From: Promethearchaeota archaeon
Lineage (GTDB): Archaea; Asgardarchaeota; Lokiarchaeia; Sigyniarchaeales; SOKP01
DNA: 64,000 nucleotides
Assembly (NCBI GenBank): GCA_016840085.1
Contig: JAEOTA010000081.1
Location: 160,001-224,000, forward strand
Reading direction: 5' to 3'
Shown here: piece after piece, positions 42,293-53,771 of the stretch
Position numbering within the stretch: the first letter of the stretch is position 1
Layout of the letters: each line of letters begins with the position of its first letter
The notes under the pieces: generated by a model
What the model was told of the DNA's origin: nothing
The model's database searches: none
What the model saw: the letters and a program-made list of their open reading frames with translations, nothing else
Translations under genes and position numbers: made by a program

Positions 42293-43219
42293 CTAATTTA
42301 ATTTTTCACTTATTAGATCGTATGGATATAAATTATTTTCCATTAATTCCTCTTTTGTTGAATATATTGTAATATTTAGTTTAGCCAAATCCATTAAAAC
42401 TTCAATAAATCTTCTGGCATTTACCCACCAAGATGTAGCTTCTCCAATTTTACCAACTTTTAATATCCCTAACCTTTTATAGATTTCCCAAAAATAATTA
42501 CGAATAAAAGTACTATCTTTTTTATCTATTCTAGTTTTAGCTACTTCAGGATCCAATGGATTTACATCAACATTGATGTATTTATCATCACCAATCTTAC
42601 ATTTTAATTTAAAAATTTTATCCACTTTAGTTTTAATTGGGAAATCTTCACCCATAATATCTTCTATATAATGATACTGAGTTGTTGGCCCTAGAGTTAT
42701 CCCAATTCCTAAGATTTTCCCGTTTAATTTAATTAATTTTCCCCAAGGAGAATTTTCACCAAAAGTTTTATCTCCAATATGATGTGTTTCTGTTAATTCC
42801 TTGGCATATTTACCTATTGCTGAAATCGAATGAGTAGGATGAATACTACGAAAAACTTCTCTTAATTTTAAAAATTCTGATGGAATTGCTCCCATTGCTG
42901 TTTTTTTTGATGTATAATCAAAAATATAATTCTTAATATTACATGTATTATACATACTACCTCTTCTTGGATACGTTGGCACCAATAGAGTCCCTTCTTG
43001 TTTTACAGCATAAAGAAGCGCTTCAATGACAGTTTTAGCACCCCCTATAATATAACCAATGCTTTTCAATGAACTATGAATTAAAATAACATCTCCACGC
43101 TCAATTCCAAGATTTTTCAAGTCATTTTTAAGAGTATTTCCATTTAAATGAATTCTACTTCTTCTTAATTTAAATTGGTTTAGTTGTTTCTTTCCAAGTT
43201 TTTTTATTTTTCTTATCAA
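42293..43219 (-). CDS. AAC(3)-family N-acetyltransferase
   Basis: LGI..GD.ILIHSSL.SIG..GGA, GTLLVPT, RS.HPTHS..A.G, FG..SPW, H.IE. Confidence 0.88.
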   Translation of the reverse strand: MIRKIKKLGKKQLNQFKLRRSRIHLNGNTLKNDLKNLGIERGDVILIHSSLKSIGYIIGGAKTVIEALLYAVKQEGTLLVPTYPRRGSMYNTCNIKNYIFDYTSKKTAMGAIPSEFLKLREVFRSIHPTHSISAIGKYAKELTETHHIGDKTFGENSPWGKLIKLNGKILGIGITLGPTTQYHYIEDIMGEDFPIKTKVDKIFKLKCKIGDDKYINVDVNPLDPEVAKTRIDKKDSTFIRNYFWEIYKRLGILKVGKIGEATSWWVNARRFIEVLMDLAKLNITIYSTKEELMENNLYPYDLISEKLN

Positions 43220-43629
43220 AATATCACAGTTAATTTGGGTTTTAACGATATCTAATTTGTAATATCTTTTCTTAAATAAATTAATTAATATATTTAATAT
43301 CTGAATATTGGCTATCTTGACTTATTAAATAAACGCTTAAATTAGATTGTGTTTTCTGTAAATTTCTTCTGGAATTAACGATCTAATTAATTTATAATTA
43401 TATATTACAGATCAAACATACTATTTTATAAATTAATTATCTAATTTTTATTGCAAATCTTTCAATCTTTCTGTTTGAATTAAGCCTAACTAAACTTTGA
43501 AATATTAGGGAATGATCAGTAATTAAAGTGTTTAAAATAATCTTTAATTTTTATCTTAAGATAAATAATAAAAATATATTCTTATTTATTATATCTTTTA
43601 TTTAAATATACTGCTAGATAAAGATTAAA

Positions 43630-44499
43630 ATGAAAATCATTAACAATATTTTAAGAAAAATTCGAAATTTCTTCTATAAAAATTTGAAGAGAGGAATAGA
43701 ATTAAGAAAATTAGAAAATATCAATGATGACACATTAAATTCAGTTGTTAGAGCTTTAAAACATGTAATTAGTAATAAGATCTCTCAAGAGGAGAAATTT
43801 TGGGTTGATAAAATAGAAAATCTTCGAAGAAACTTACTTACATCTACTAATGAAATAACTATTGTAGATTATGGGGCTATTTCCCCCAATACTTGCTTAA
43901 CTGAAGTTGAAAAAGATAAAGGACGAATAATAAAGAAAACAATTGGGGTAGCAATAAAGGGCAGCGTCCCTTATACAGAAGGGATACTTTTATTTAAACT
44001 AGTAAAAGAATTTCAACCATCAACTTGTTTAGAACTTGGAACCGCTTTAGGAATTTCTTCATCATATCAATCAGCAGCTTTAGAATTAAATAATAGAGGA
44101 AGAATGGTTACAATAGAAGGAGCAAAGTCTGTCGCAGAACTAGCTAGAGAAAATCATAAAATTTTAGGTTTATCAAGAGTTATTTCCAAAATTGGCAAAT
44201 TCGAAAATGTCTTAGAAGAGATTATTAATGAGATTAAACCTGTAGATTTTGTTTTTATTGATGGTAATCATGAAGAAACCGCTACTTTAAATTACTTTAA
44301 CACTATAGCCCCATCACTCTCTGATTATGCTATACTTGTATTTGATGATTTAAGATGGTCAAAAGGTATGAAACGTGCATGGAAAGCATTAACTCAAGAT
44401 AATCGAATTAAATTTGCTATTGATTTAATTGGTATGGGTATATTAGTGATATCTAAATCTGAAAACAAAAAAAGAGTTTTCAAACTATTACTCAAATAA
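43630..44499 (+). CDS. Class I SAM-dependent methyltransferase (Methyltransf_24-like)
   Basis: LELGTALGIS, FVFIDGNH, VFDDLRWS. Confidence 0.88.
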   Translation: MKIINNILRKIRNFFYKNLKRGIELRKLENINDDTLNSVVRALKHVISNKISQEEKFWVDKIENLRRNLLTSTNEITIVDYGAISPNTCLTEVEKDKGRIIKKTIGVAIKGSVPYTEGILLFKLVKEFQPSTCLELGTALGISSSYQSAALELNNRGRMVTIEGAKSVAELARENHKILGLSRVISKIGKFENVLEEIINEIKPVDFVFIDGNHEETATLNYFNTIAPSLSDYAILVFDDLRWSKGMKRAWKALTQDNRIKFAIDLIGMGILVISKSENKKRVFKLLLK

Positions 44500-44576
44500 G
44501 ATATCTCTTGAAATGGCAAAAATTGTTATCCTTGTGAAAATCTTAATAAAAATTAATAGTAATTAATATTTATCGC

Positions 44577-45479
44577 ATGAATAAAGAAAAAGACTTCTAT
44601 TATTATATTTATAATAACAAAAATTATTATTATGGTCTTGAAGCCGAAAGAATTAATCAGATTTTAAAGAGAGTTCCTAGCAAAGGCAGTATTTTAGATG
44701 TTGGATGCGGTGATGGAAGACTGCTCAATAGAATAAATGCAAATTTTAAAATCGGCGTAGATTTTACTATTAAACCTTTATTCTATGTTAAAAATATGGT
44801 ATTCGCAGCAAATGCCAGTAATCTTCCTTTTTCTAATAATAGTTTTGACGTAGTAATATGTTCTGAAGTTCTAGAACACTTAGATAATCCAACCTATAGC
44901 AAAACTCTTCATGAAATATTGAGAGTCTCTTCTCGATATATATTAATATCTGTTCCCTATAAGGAAAATTTAAATCAAAGAACGGCAAAATGTAAAAATT
45001 GCAATCGTTTGTTTAATGCAAGCTTACACTATAGAGCTTTTGATGAGGGTATGTTTGATAATCTATTTCCAGATGCCATTATTATTTTAATTGAAAAATT
45101 TGGTTATAGAAAGTTTTTTCCTGACATTTTTAATAAAGTAAAGAGATTATCAGGTAATTATTTTATTAAAGATAATATAATATGTCCTTATTGTGGAAAT
45201 AAAAATCCCTGTAAAAAAAATAATTTAATAGGGAAGAGTTTAAATTTTTTATTAATCCTTGTAAAAAAATTTTTTTTCTTTTCTAATAAGAAAAAACCAA
45301 TTTGGATCCTTGTTATATTTGAAAAAAGAAGACATAAAGTTATTAAAAGTTATAAAATTGAAAATATATTGGTATGTCCTATATGTCACAAACGATTATC
45401 TTATAAAGATGATATTACAAGATGTAAAAATGGGCATAAATTTTATCATATCAATGAGATTTTAGATCTGAGAGTATAA
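44577..45479 (+). CDS. SAM-dependent methyltransferase with Zn-ribbon insertions and a Trm112-like C-terminal tail
   Basis: LDVGCGDG, LPF..SFDVV.CSEVLEH; CKNC, CPYC; ILVCPICH...C.NGH.F....ILDL. Confidence 0.85.
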   Translation: MNKEKDFYYYIYNNKNYYYGLEAERINQILKRVPSKGSILDVGCGDGRLLNRINANFKIGVDFTIKPLFYVKNMVFAANASNLPFSNNSFDVVICSEVLEHLDNPTYSKTLHEILRVSSRYILISVPYKENLNQRTAKCKNCNRLFNASLHYRAFDEGMFDNLFPDAIIILIEKFGYRKFFPDIFNKVKRLSGNYFIKDNIICPYCGNKNPCKKNNLIGKSLNFLLILVKKFFFFSNKKKPIWILVIFEKRRHKVIKSYKIENILVCPICHKRLSYKDDITRCKNGHKFYHINEILDLRV

Positions 45480-45512
45480 TTCCTTGGATATAATCTATTT
45501 AAAACCCCTTTT

Positions 45513-47192
45513 TTAATCTCTTACTATTTTCTTCAAGATATTCATACATTTTCTAATAAAGATATGTAGCCCTGTACTTTTATCAAAAAAAGCTTCAATA
45601 TATTCAATATCTTTAGTTGTAAATACTCTAAAAATTATTATTAAACATAAAAATGTTAATATAAATAAACTTATCGAGATTAGGTTTAATTTACTGAAGA
45701 ATAATAGGTTTAAACTTTCAAGTATTAGAAGGTTTACTTTATTAAGTATTACAATTTCTAAAAGCCATACTACCCCTAAAGCTATAAAAAATGTTAAAAA
45801 CAATAATATTAATTTGATAACATTTAATTCAATTTTTCCAACTTTAATACTTAACACTACGGCAATAATTGAAATTATTAAATTACTCATAATAATACCA
45901 AAAATCCCCCATAATAATCCAAAATTTATTAGAAATGTCAAAAAGATTGGTACTCTTACTATAAAAGCAATAACCCTATAACTTAACATAACTTTCGTTT
46001 TTCCAATGGATAAGATCAATGCTTCAAAGGGCATTCCAATGCTTAAGAATATTAAGGTGAAAAGCATTAAATTAAGGATATTTGTATAGATTAAATAAGA
46101 TTGTCCATAAATAAAAGCCAAAAAGAATTCAGTACATAAGAATAATACTCCTGTTATTAATGTTAATAAAAATATCGAATATATTAGCACTAAATTATAT
46201 AATTTATTGATTTGATAATAATTATTTTTAGCACTTAATCCTGAAAAAGATATGAGCAATGGATTAGAAAAAGTTAGAGCAACACTGGAAGAAACGCCAA
46301 TATAATTTTTCGAAATATTAAAACCTGTCACTATCTCTGCTGAAGCAAATATTGCTATTGATTGAGTTTGGATCTCTGACCAAATATCAGTAAAAAACCT
46401 TCCCAATCTGATAGGTCCACCATAATTTAGAGTTTTACTAATAAAATCTTTCAAATCTTCATTTCTTTTTTCTGTATGTTGAATTTTAGTATATTTTATA
46501 ATCACAATTAAACAACTTAAAATGAATGGAAATAAAAATGATAAAAGATCGATATATGCCACAATTTCAATTTTAAGAGGATTAAAAAAATAGAAAGAAA
46601 ATATTAAAGCACTTATGTTAAAACAATATCTAATCAGTAATAATAAAAAAAGAACATTAAACATATTTAATCCTCTATAAATTGAAGCTAAAACATTATT
46701 TAAACTCAAAATTACTATAAGTGGAGACAAAATTATTAAAAGATTTGTATAATCTTTTATAGTAATTGTAAATATTTGGCTAAAAAAAAAAAATAAAACT
46801 AAACTGATGAGGAATAATGGACATGTAAATAATAATTTTAAGTAAATAGCTTTTTTTATGAAAAATTTTAAATTACTATATTCTTTTAAAGCCAAATATT
46901 GAGGAATATAATAATTTAAAGTAGCATCTAATCCAGGAGGCAAAAAACTCAAAAAAATATTGAAAATTGCAATATATGAAAGAGCTATAATTAACATACC
47001 CCATAACTCTTGAGTAATTAATCTTGCTAATAAGAAAGAAGTGACTAATGAGAGAAAAAAAGACCCATAAGAACTTAAAAATGAATAAAGTGAGTTTTTA
47101 GCTAGGATTCTATGAGTTTTTGTAATTTTTACTTTTTGGGCTTTATTATTGTCTATTGACATGTTTGAAAATTCATTAAACTCATTCATCAA
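45513..47192 (-). CDS. Oligosaccharide flippase (Wzx/MOP family)
   Basis: AKNS.YSF....S.....LLARL....WG; about 14 TM segments; F...YG..Y. Confidence 0.85.
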   Translation of the reverse strand: MMNEFNEFSNMSIDNNKAQKVKITKTHRILAKNSLYSFLSSYGSFFLSLVTSFLLARLITQELWGMLIIALSYIAIFNIFLSFLPPGLDATLNYYIPQYLALKEYSNLKFFIKKAIYLKLLFTCPLFLISLVLFFFFSQIFTITIKDYTNLLIILSPLIVILSLNNVLASIYRGLNMFNVLFLLLLIRYCFNISALIFSFYFFNPLKIEIVAYIDLLSFLFPFILSCLIVIIKYTKIQHTEKRNEDLKDFISKTLNYGGPIRLGRFFTDIWSEIQTQSIAIFASAEIVTGFNISKNYIGVSSSVALTFSNPLLISFSGLSAKNNYYQINKLYNLVLIYSIFLLTLITGVLFLCTEFFLAFIYGQSYLIYTNILNLMLFTLIFLSIGMPFEALILSIGKTKVMLSYRVIAFIVRVPIFLTFLINFGLLWGIFGIIMSNLIISIIAVVLSIKVGKIELNVIKLILLFLTFFIALGVVWLLEIVILNKVNLLILESLNLLFFSKLNLISISLFILTFLCLIIIFRVFTTKDIEYIEAFFDKSTGLHIFIRKCMNILKKIVRD

Positions 47193-47277
47193 TATAAATT
47201 CAATTTAAAATAAAAATATTAAAAATAAATTATTAGTTTAACTATATTTTTTAAAAATTTAAAATTCAATTAATAAA

Positions 47278-48564
47278 ATGGAATTTAGTAATATCTCAAA
47301 ATTGCAACATGAATTTAGACCCACGATCTTACACTTATTGAATACTTCTCTTCCAAATTTGTCAGGATATTCAATTAGAACCCAAAATATTCTAAGACAT
47401 CTGAAGGATTATTGTTCCTTATACGCAATGACAGAACCAAGATTCCTTCCAAATAGAAATCCTGATCTTATAGATAATATTTTCTATTACCGTTATCCTC
47501 CTATTTCTGGGATTAATTACTTCTTTAATCCAACAATTCAAAAAATAATCAAAAAAGCCAAAATAAATAATTGGTATTATCAAACACTATTTAAAAATGC
47601 TTCATTAGTTTTAAGAAATTTCTTAAATACTTATCCTATAGACATAATACATATACATTCATCCTCATTTTATGGTAAATATGGGGGAAAAGTCGCTAAA
47701 GAATACAAGATTCCTTTTATTTATGAACTTCGAGGATTTCTAGAGGATACTCATGTGGGATTAGGTATTCTAAAAGAAAATTCTTTTATATATCATAGAA
47801 AACAAGAAAAAACCTATTCAATATTAAAAAAAGCAGATGTCATTATAACGCTTGGAGAACCTATGAAAAACGAATTAATATGCCACGGTTTTGATAAAAA
47901 TAAAATTATCATAATTCCAAATGGCGTAAATACTCAAAAATTTAAACCAATACCACCAAATTTACATCTAAAGAAAAATTTATCAATTGAAAATGATTAT
48001 ATTCTTGGATATATTGGTTCTATAAGAAGAATTGAAGGGATTGAGATTCTGCTAATGGCATTAAAATTAATAAAGAAGAAAATCAATAATATAAAACTAT
48101 TATTAATAGGACCTTATAATTATGATTATCTCCAAGATTTAATCACATTAACTGAAAAATTAAATATTAAAAAGAATATTTTAATTATCGGTAAAATTCC
48201 AAATTCAAGAATACAAGAATATTATTCAATACTAGATATATGTATTATTCCACGGTTAAATTTAAAAGTAAATCGTTTAGTAACTCCATTAAAACCATTA
48301 GAAGTTATGGCAATGGGAAAAGTCTTAATAACTAGTAATCTTCCAGCTCTAAGAGAACTTGTAAAACCGAAAATCTCTGGAATTTTATTTGAAGCTGAAA
48401 ATCATCAAGATTTATCAGAAAAAATACTTGAAGTTTTAAATGATGAGAATAAAAGGAACAATCTAGGAAAGAGTGCAAGACAATTTGTTGAAGACAATTA
48501 TGACTGGAAAATTATAATAAAGAAGTATTTTTCTATTTATCAAGAACTAATAAATAAAAGATAA
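47278..48564 (+). CDS. Glycosyltransferase family 4
   Basis: SLP.LSGYSIRT, YELRGF.ED, IPNGV, VTPLKPLEVMAMGK. Confidence 0.92.
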   Translation: MEFSNISKLQHEFRPTILHLLNTSLPNLSGYSIRTQNILRHLKDYCSLYAMTEPRFLPNRNPDLIDNIFYYRYPPISGINYFFNPTIQKIIKKAKINNWYYQTLFKNASLVLRNFLNTYPIDIIHIHSSSFYGKYGGKVAKEYKIPFIYELRGFLEDTHVGLGILKENSFIYHRKQEKTYSILKKADVIITLGEPMKNELICHGFDKNKIIIIPNGVNTQKFKPIPPNLHLKKNLSIENDYILGYIGSIRRIEGIEILLMALKLIKKKINNIKLLLIGPYNYDYLQDLITLTEKLNIKKNILIIGKIPNSRIQEYYSILDICIIPRLNLKVNRLVTPLKPLEVMAMGKVLITSNLPALRELVKPKISGILFEAENHQDLSEKILEVLNDENKRNNLGKSARQFVEDNYDWKIIIKKYFSIYQELINKR

Positions 48565-48976
48565 AAAGTTAAATTTTACACTAAAATTTAAACCCAAATA
48601 AAAGAATTAAATTTCCTCGGGAATTCTCTTAATCTTTCTTAGAATTGATAGTAAAAATTGGAATAATCATTGAAAAATAAATTTTTTGATTAAAATTTTA
48701 TATAAAACATATTTTAGAAATAGAAATTTTAAGGAGTAAGATTAAATAAAGTTCTACTATTTTTAAATTTCTCATCCAGTTTATCTTTATCTTGACAAGA
48801 GTTTTCAAATAAAAAATTCACAAATTAAGTTGAATCATAATTACAATAAAATTTTTTTTACCTTTAATCTTTTTAATAGGATCATTAAATTTAAATTAGT
48901 TTTTTTAACTTCTAATATCAAAATTTTGATAAATTTATTCTAAAGGAATAAATATCATTCAGAATTATCTTTTTTT

Positions 48977-50188
48977 ATGGTTTTGCTAAACCAGATAAAA
49001 AATATAATAGATTTATTTTTAGATTTTATATTATCAATAGATTTCATTACTTTCCTTGTTATCTTTGTATTTTTATATAATTTATTAATCTATCTAATCA
49101 GAGATAAGATTTATATTAGAAGTTTTAAGCAATATAAAGATCCTAAAGTTGTAAGTATATCTGACTTAAAAGATTTACCTCTTGTAAATATTATTATCCC
49201 TGCTTGGAAAGAGGGAAAATTGTTTGAGGATTGTTTATTATCTATTACTAAGTTAAATTATCCATATTTAAAAGTCATTATAAGCGCAGGGGGTAATGAA
49301 GAAACAATTCAAATAGTTAATTCATTTAAAAAATTCAAAAATTTTATTATTTTAAAACAAAAACCTGGGGGAAAAATGAAGGCATTGAATGATTGTTTAA
49401 AATATGTATCTGAAGGAATTATCTATTCAATTGATGCTGATGTAATCTTGAATAATGAAATTCTAATAAGAATGCTTTATCCTTTAGTAAATATAAATCA
49501 ATATGTAACAGCAGGTAGTGTGAGACCTTTAAAATTTCAAGAAAATATCGATATTGTTAAATATATGCTTATAAATCGAAATACAAATTTTCGAATTAAA
49601 TTTTCAAGATTAGGAAGGGCTGATATATCTGGACCTAATAGTTGTTTCAAATATGAAGTTATTGAAAAAGTTGGTAATTTTTTGGATGATAAATTATTTC
49701 TTGCGTCAGATAGATTTAGAGGACCTCTAATATTCTCCAAAGGATATAAAATATATTGGTTAACTGATTATCGAGGAAAAATTTTTACTTACTTTCCTGA
49801 CTCATTAAAAAAATATTTCTTACAGGAATTTCGCTGGAGAATAAATTCATTAACAAATCCTTATATGAAAAAAAAGGTGAAAATTTATATTAAATTTTTA
49901 ATTTCTTTTTTAATTTCTCTGTATCTTTTAAGCTCTCCATTCTTCATTTTTTTTAATATAAATTTAGCCTTAATAGGTCTTATTATGTTATTAAGTAAAT
50001 ATTTAAAGAAACTAAGAAGAATTGTATTTTTTAAGAGAACAACTAATAAAAATTTTTATGAAAAATTTGGGCTCCTTTTTTTCTTAAAATTAGTGATTTT
50101 TATATATATAGATGAGATATTAACTTTTTATTTAGGTATTAATTTGTTAATTACTCGAAATAAGCAACCCAAAATAAAGATAAAATAA
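48977..50188 (+). CDS. Membrane-anchored processive-type GT2
   Basis: IIPAWKE, GK..ALN, DAD, SDR, QEFRW (QxxRW), with TM segments at both ends. Confidence 0.8.
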   Translation: MVLLNQIKNIIDLFLDFILSIDFITFLVIFVFLYNLLIYLIRDKIYIRSFKQYKDPKVVSISDLKDLPLVNIIIPAWKEGKLFEDCLLSITKLNYPYLKVIISAGGNEETIQIVNSFKKFKNFIILKQKPGGKMKALNDCLKYVSEGIIYSIDADVILNNEILIRMLYPLVNINQYVTAGSVRPLKFQENIDIVKYMLINRNTNFRIKFSRLGRADISGPNSCFKYEVIEKVGNFLDDKLFLASDRFRGPLIFSKGYKIYWLTDYRGKIFTYFPDSLKKYFLQEFRWRINSLTNPYMKKKVKIYIKFLISFLISLYLLSSPFFIFFNINLALIGLIMLLSKYLKKLRRIVFFKRTTNKNFYEKFGLLFFLKLVIFIYIDEILTFYLGINLLITRNKQPKIKIK

Positions 50189-50278
50189 ATTTAGAATCCT
50201 TCTTAAAATCAATAATTATATAAAAAGCAAAAGTTATTTTGACTTTTATAATCTCTATAAATATAGGAAGATTTAACC

Positions 50279-51186
50279 TTATTGTTTGAATACTACATCA
50301 GTTGTATTAACCAAATCTCTAATATCAATTCGCTTTCTCTCATCAAGAGATAATGCGTTATAAGAATATTTTTTCATAAATATGTGTAAATCTTCTATTT
50401 TATATCCCAATAATGGATAAGCTTTAGGAGCAATTTCAACAATAATAGGTGGCAACTTTTCTTTATTATTCTCAAAATATGAAGCTAATCCTTTCAAAAC
50501 TGGAAATTCGAATCCTTCCACATCGATTTTTATAAGGGAAATCTTTTCAATATTCTTTTCAAATATATAATCGTTTAAACATTTAACTCTAACTTTAATA
50601 GTGTTTTCGATTTCATTTGTGTTCATAAATCCACGTACCATTGTATTCCAGCCCTTATTTTTTTATTTAAATCAATATTAGATATTCCTTCTGTTTCACC
50701 TAAAGCATAATTGTTTACAAATATTTGATGATTTTTATTTAAATGAGAGAATTCCAATAGTTTTTCGAAATATACAGGCACCGGCTCAAAACTGTGAACT
50801 TGTCCTTTTTTGCCAACAAGTCCTGTTCCAATAGCAGTTATATATCCTATGTGTGCTCCTACATCTATAAAAATATCTCCTTTTTTAAGATATTTTAATA
50901 AAACACTTACTAATCTTGTTGAATATAATCCTAAATATAAAACCCTCATTCTCGGATAATTTTCAAAGTTAAAGATATAAGTTATTCCATTAAGCTTCCT
51001 TTGAATCTAATTTAACTTTATTTTTGGGAATTCCTGAATTATTTAAGTAGAAAGAGATTTACAGATATTAATTAATTCTTTAAAATAATAAATTGGGTTT
51101 TGAATTAATATCGAAATTTGTTTAAAAAGTATTTTGCAATAATCGGGTAAATTTCTCAGATATTTTCTTCCTATCTTATTAATCAT
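50279..51186 (-). pseudogene. FkbM-family methyltransferase pseudogene
   Basis: DVGAHIG, HSFEP, IKIDVEGFE split by a frameshift at the T7 run 50658-50664; two further in-frame stops lie between ATG 51186 and 50949. Confidence 0.88.
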
Positions 51187-51359
51187 TTCATATTTCTCAT
51201 CTGTAATTGGAAATTTAACTTATATTTCAATTATAATAATCATAGAGTCTTATATTTTACTATTTAAATAAAATAACAAAAATTTTTTTTGATTTTAAAT
51301 ATTTATTTGAATAAGAACTCTTTTATAGAATTAACTTATCCTTAATATGAGATTATAAG

Positions 51360-52592
51360 ATGAATTTAAAATCCCTACATAGAATATTAAATAAATATGA
51401 TTATTTTAAACAAAATAAACTCTATACAATTACAAGAAAAATTATTTTTCCCTTTATCTTAAAAGTAGTATCAAAACTCTTTCAAAGCAAGATAGATGAT
51501 AAATTAATTGTAATGAGCGCTTATGGAGGTTATGAATACTTAGATAATACAAAATACCTATTTGAATTTCTAAACAGATACTCAGACTATAAGTTAGTTT
51601 GGATTACAAGATCTCAAGAAGTACTAAATAAATTAAGAAAAAAGGGACATAAAGCGGTATATAATTATGATTTAGAGGCGATTCGTCTATTAAGAAAAGC
51701 TAAATTTATTTTTATTACTCATGGATATGTTGACATCTTACCTATAGAATTTTCTCCAGGAACTATTGTTATTTTTACTTGGCATGGAACCCCAATTAAA
51801 AAAATGGATGAATCTCCCATCTATGATAAATGGAGTGATTTTTTTCATTTAAAACTGAAATACGATCAATATGTAGATTATATGTTAACACCTACAAAAG
51901 ATAAAAGAGAACATAAAATTTTAAGCAAAGCATTTAAATTATCTCTTAAAAAAATTTTACCTCTTGGTTATCCTAAATTAGATCTTCTTTTTAATAAGGA
52001 TGAAAATTTTATTACAAATTTAAAAAAATCCTATCAAATTCCTGATAATATTGATAAAATAATTCTATATTGTCCTACTTATAGGCAAAATTTTACATTA
52101 AATTTTCCTTTTAAACCTGAACATTTAAAGAAATTAAATGATTTACTTGATAATACTAATTCTCTTTTTCTCATAAAGGCTCATATGTTTGTACAAAATA
52201 TAAAATTTAAAAATTATGGGAACATAAAAGTCGTTCCTAAAACGGCAAATATAGAAGAACTATACTTAATAACTGATATTCTCATAACAGACTATTCCTC
52301 AACAATGCTAGATTTCTCTTTACTAAATAGGCCAATTCTTTTATTTCCTTATGATTATGATGAATATTTAAAAGAAATTGGTTTATATTATAATTTAGAA
52401 GATATTGCTCCAGGACCGATTTTTTTTGATGTTGATAATTTAATAGAAAGTATAAAAAACATTTCCCAAATCGATAAGAATTACAAAGAAAAGAGAAAAA
52501 ATATTCGGGATCGTTTTAATAAATATGTCGATGGAAAATCAACGGAAAGATTATTAGACTTTTTAAAAATTGATTATCGCAGGGCTATTTAA
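51360..52592 (+). CDS. CDP-glycerol glycerophosphotransferase (TagF/TagB-like)
   Basis: DNTKYLFE, TWHGTPIKK, GYPK.D, ILYCPTYR, ITDYSS...DF, DGKST. Confidence 0.92.
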   Translation: MNLKSLHRILNKYDYFKQNKLYTITRKIIFPFILKVVSKLFQSKIDDKLIVMSAYGGYEYLDNTKYLFEFLNRYSDYKLVWITRSQEVLNKLRKKGHKAVYNYDLEAIRLLRKAKFIFITHGYVDILPIEFSPGTIVIFTWHGTPIKKMDESPIYDKWSDFFHLKLKYDQYVDYMLTPTKDKREHKILSKAFKLSLKKILPLGYPKLDLLFNKDENFITNLKKSYQIPDNIDKIILYCPTYRQNFTLNFPFKPEHLKKLNDLLDNTNSLFLIKAHMFVQNIKFKNYGNIKVVPKTANIEELYLITDILITDYSSTMLDFSLLNRPILLFPYDYDEYLKEIGLYYNLEDIAPGPIFFDVDNLIESIKNISQIDKNYKEKRKNIRDRFNKYVDGKSTERLLDFLKIDYRRAI

Positions 52593-52601
52593 AATTTTAT
52601 T

Positions 52602-53771
52602 TTAAGCAATTATATTAATAAAATTTCTAAACATTTCAATTTCTTTGGAAATTGAATATTTCTGCATAGCATATTCTTTTGCTAAATTTTGTAATTCTTT
52701 CACTTTTCTCGGGTTTTCTAACCATAATTTATATAATTCTTTAAATTTTTCTTTAAATTCTTCTTTATTTAAATTCTGAAGAAAAAACGCAAAATTTTTT
52801 CCTTTTAATATCTCAATTGAACCTACTGTCTTTGTACAAATAATTATCAATTTTGATGCTAGTGCTTCTATTATCACTCTACCAAATGGTTCCTTGCGAG
52901 AAGAGAATAAAAATATATCATTTTTTTTAATAGCTTCTGCTAATTCCTCCTGAGTTAGATATCCTAAAGAGCTAATAAAATTTGGAAATTTTTTTTCTAA
53001 TCTTTCAACCTCTGGTCTTAAAGGTCCAACACCTATTATTTCAAAAAATAGTTTGAGATCTTTATTTTGATTTAAGAACTCTTCAATTGCTTTTAATAAA
53101 ACACCAACTCCTTTGTGCATATCATCGAGAAAACCCATATAGACAAATTTTAAGACATCACTTCTCCTCTTCTCTTTATCATTATCATCAAACTTATCTA
53201 ATTCTAATCCTTCGATTAAGAAAACCACTTTTTTCTTCTCAAAAAAATTTTCAAGGTATTTTTTAGTATGAAGTGATATCGTATGATGATATACATTTTT
53301 TTTAATAAGAGAAAAAAATAATATAGAAATTCGATATGTCAGATTATAGATTGATATTTTTTTTTCACTATGTAAAGGTTTATGATATCCAATAATTAAT
53401 TTATTTCGAGGATTTAATATCTTAGTAAACAATAAAATCAGATTTATTTTAAAATTACCAGCACTGGTATAGATGATATCATTTTCTCTAACCTTCTTCA
53501 TTAATTTTATTACTGTCCGAGGATAAGGAAAATTAAATTTTTTATTCAAAATGTTAAGTTGAGCAAATTTCAATTGAGAATTTCTTTTTACTCCACGTAA
53601 TCTTTTTTCAATTTCTTCTTTCCATAAAAATTTCTTATTAAGTAGGATATTTGTATCTATCAGAGTTACTTTATAATAATCTTGTAATCCAGCAGCTAAT
53701 TCTATAAAAAAGATTTCGCCTCCTCTTCCGTTTTCCAAAGCAATTTTAGAGAAAACTAATATTTTTAACAT
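52602..53771 (-). CDS. Glycosyltransferase family 4
   Basis: GGE N-terminal motif, HKGV, EPFGRVIIEALA. Confidence 0.9.
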   Translation of the reverse strand: MLKILVFSKIALENGRGGEIFFIELAAGLQDYYKVTLIDTNILLNKKFLWKEEIEKRLRGVKRNSQLKFAQLNILNKKFNFPYPRTVIKLMKKVRENDIIYTSAGNFKINLILLFTKILNPRNKLIIGYHKPLHSEKKISIYNLTYRISILFFSLIKKNVYHHTISLHTKKYLENFFEKKKVVFLIEGLELDKFDDNDKEKRRSDVLKFVYMGFLDDMHKGVGVLLKAIEEFLNQNKDLKLFFEIIGVGPLRPEVERLEKKFPNFISSLGYLTQEELAEAIKKNDIFLFSSRKEPFGRVIIEALASKLIIICTKTVGSIEILKGKNFAFFLQNLNKEEFKEKFKELYKLWLENPRKVKELQNLAKEYAMQKYSISKEIEMFRNFINIIA

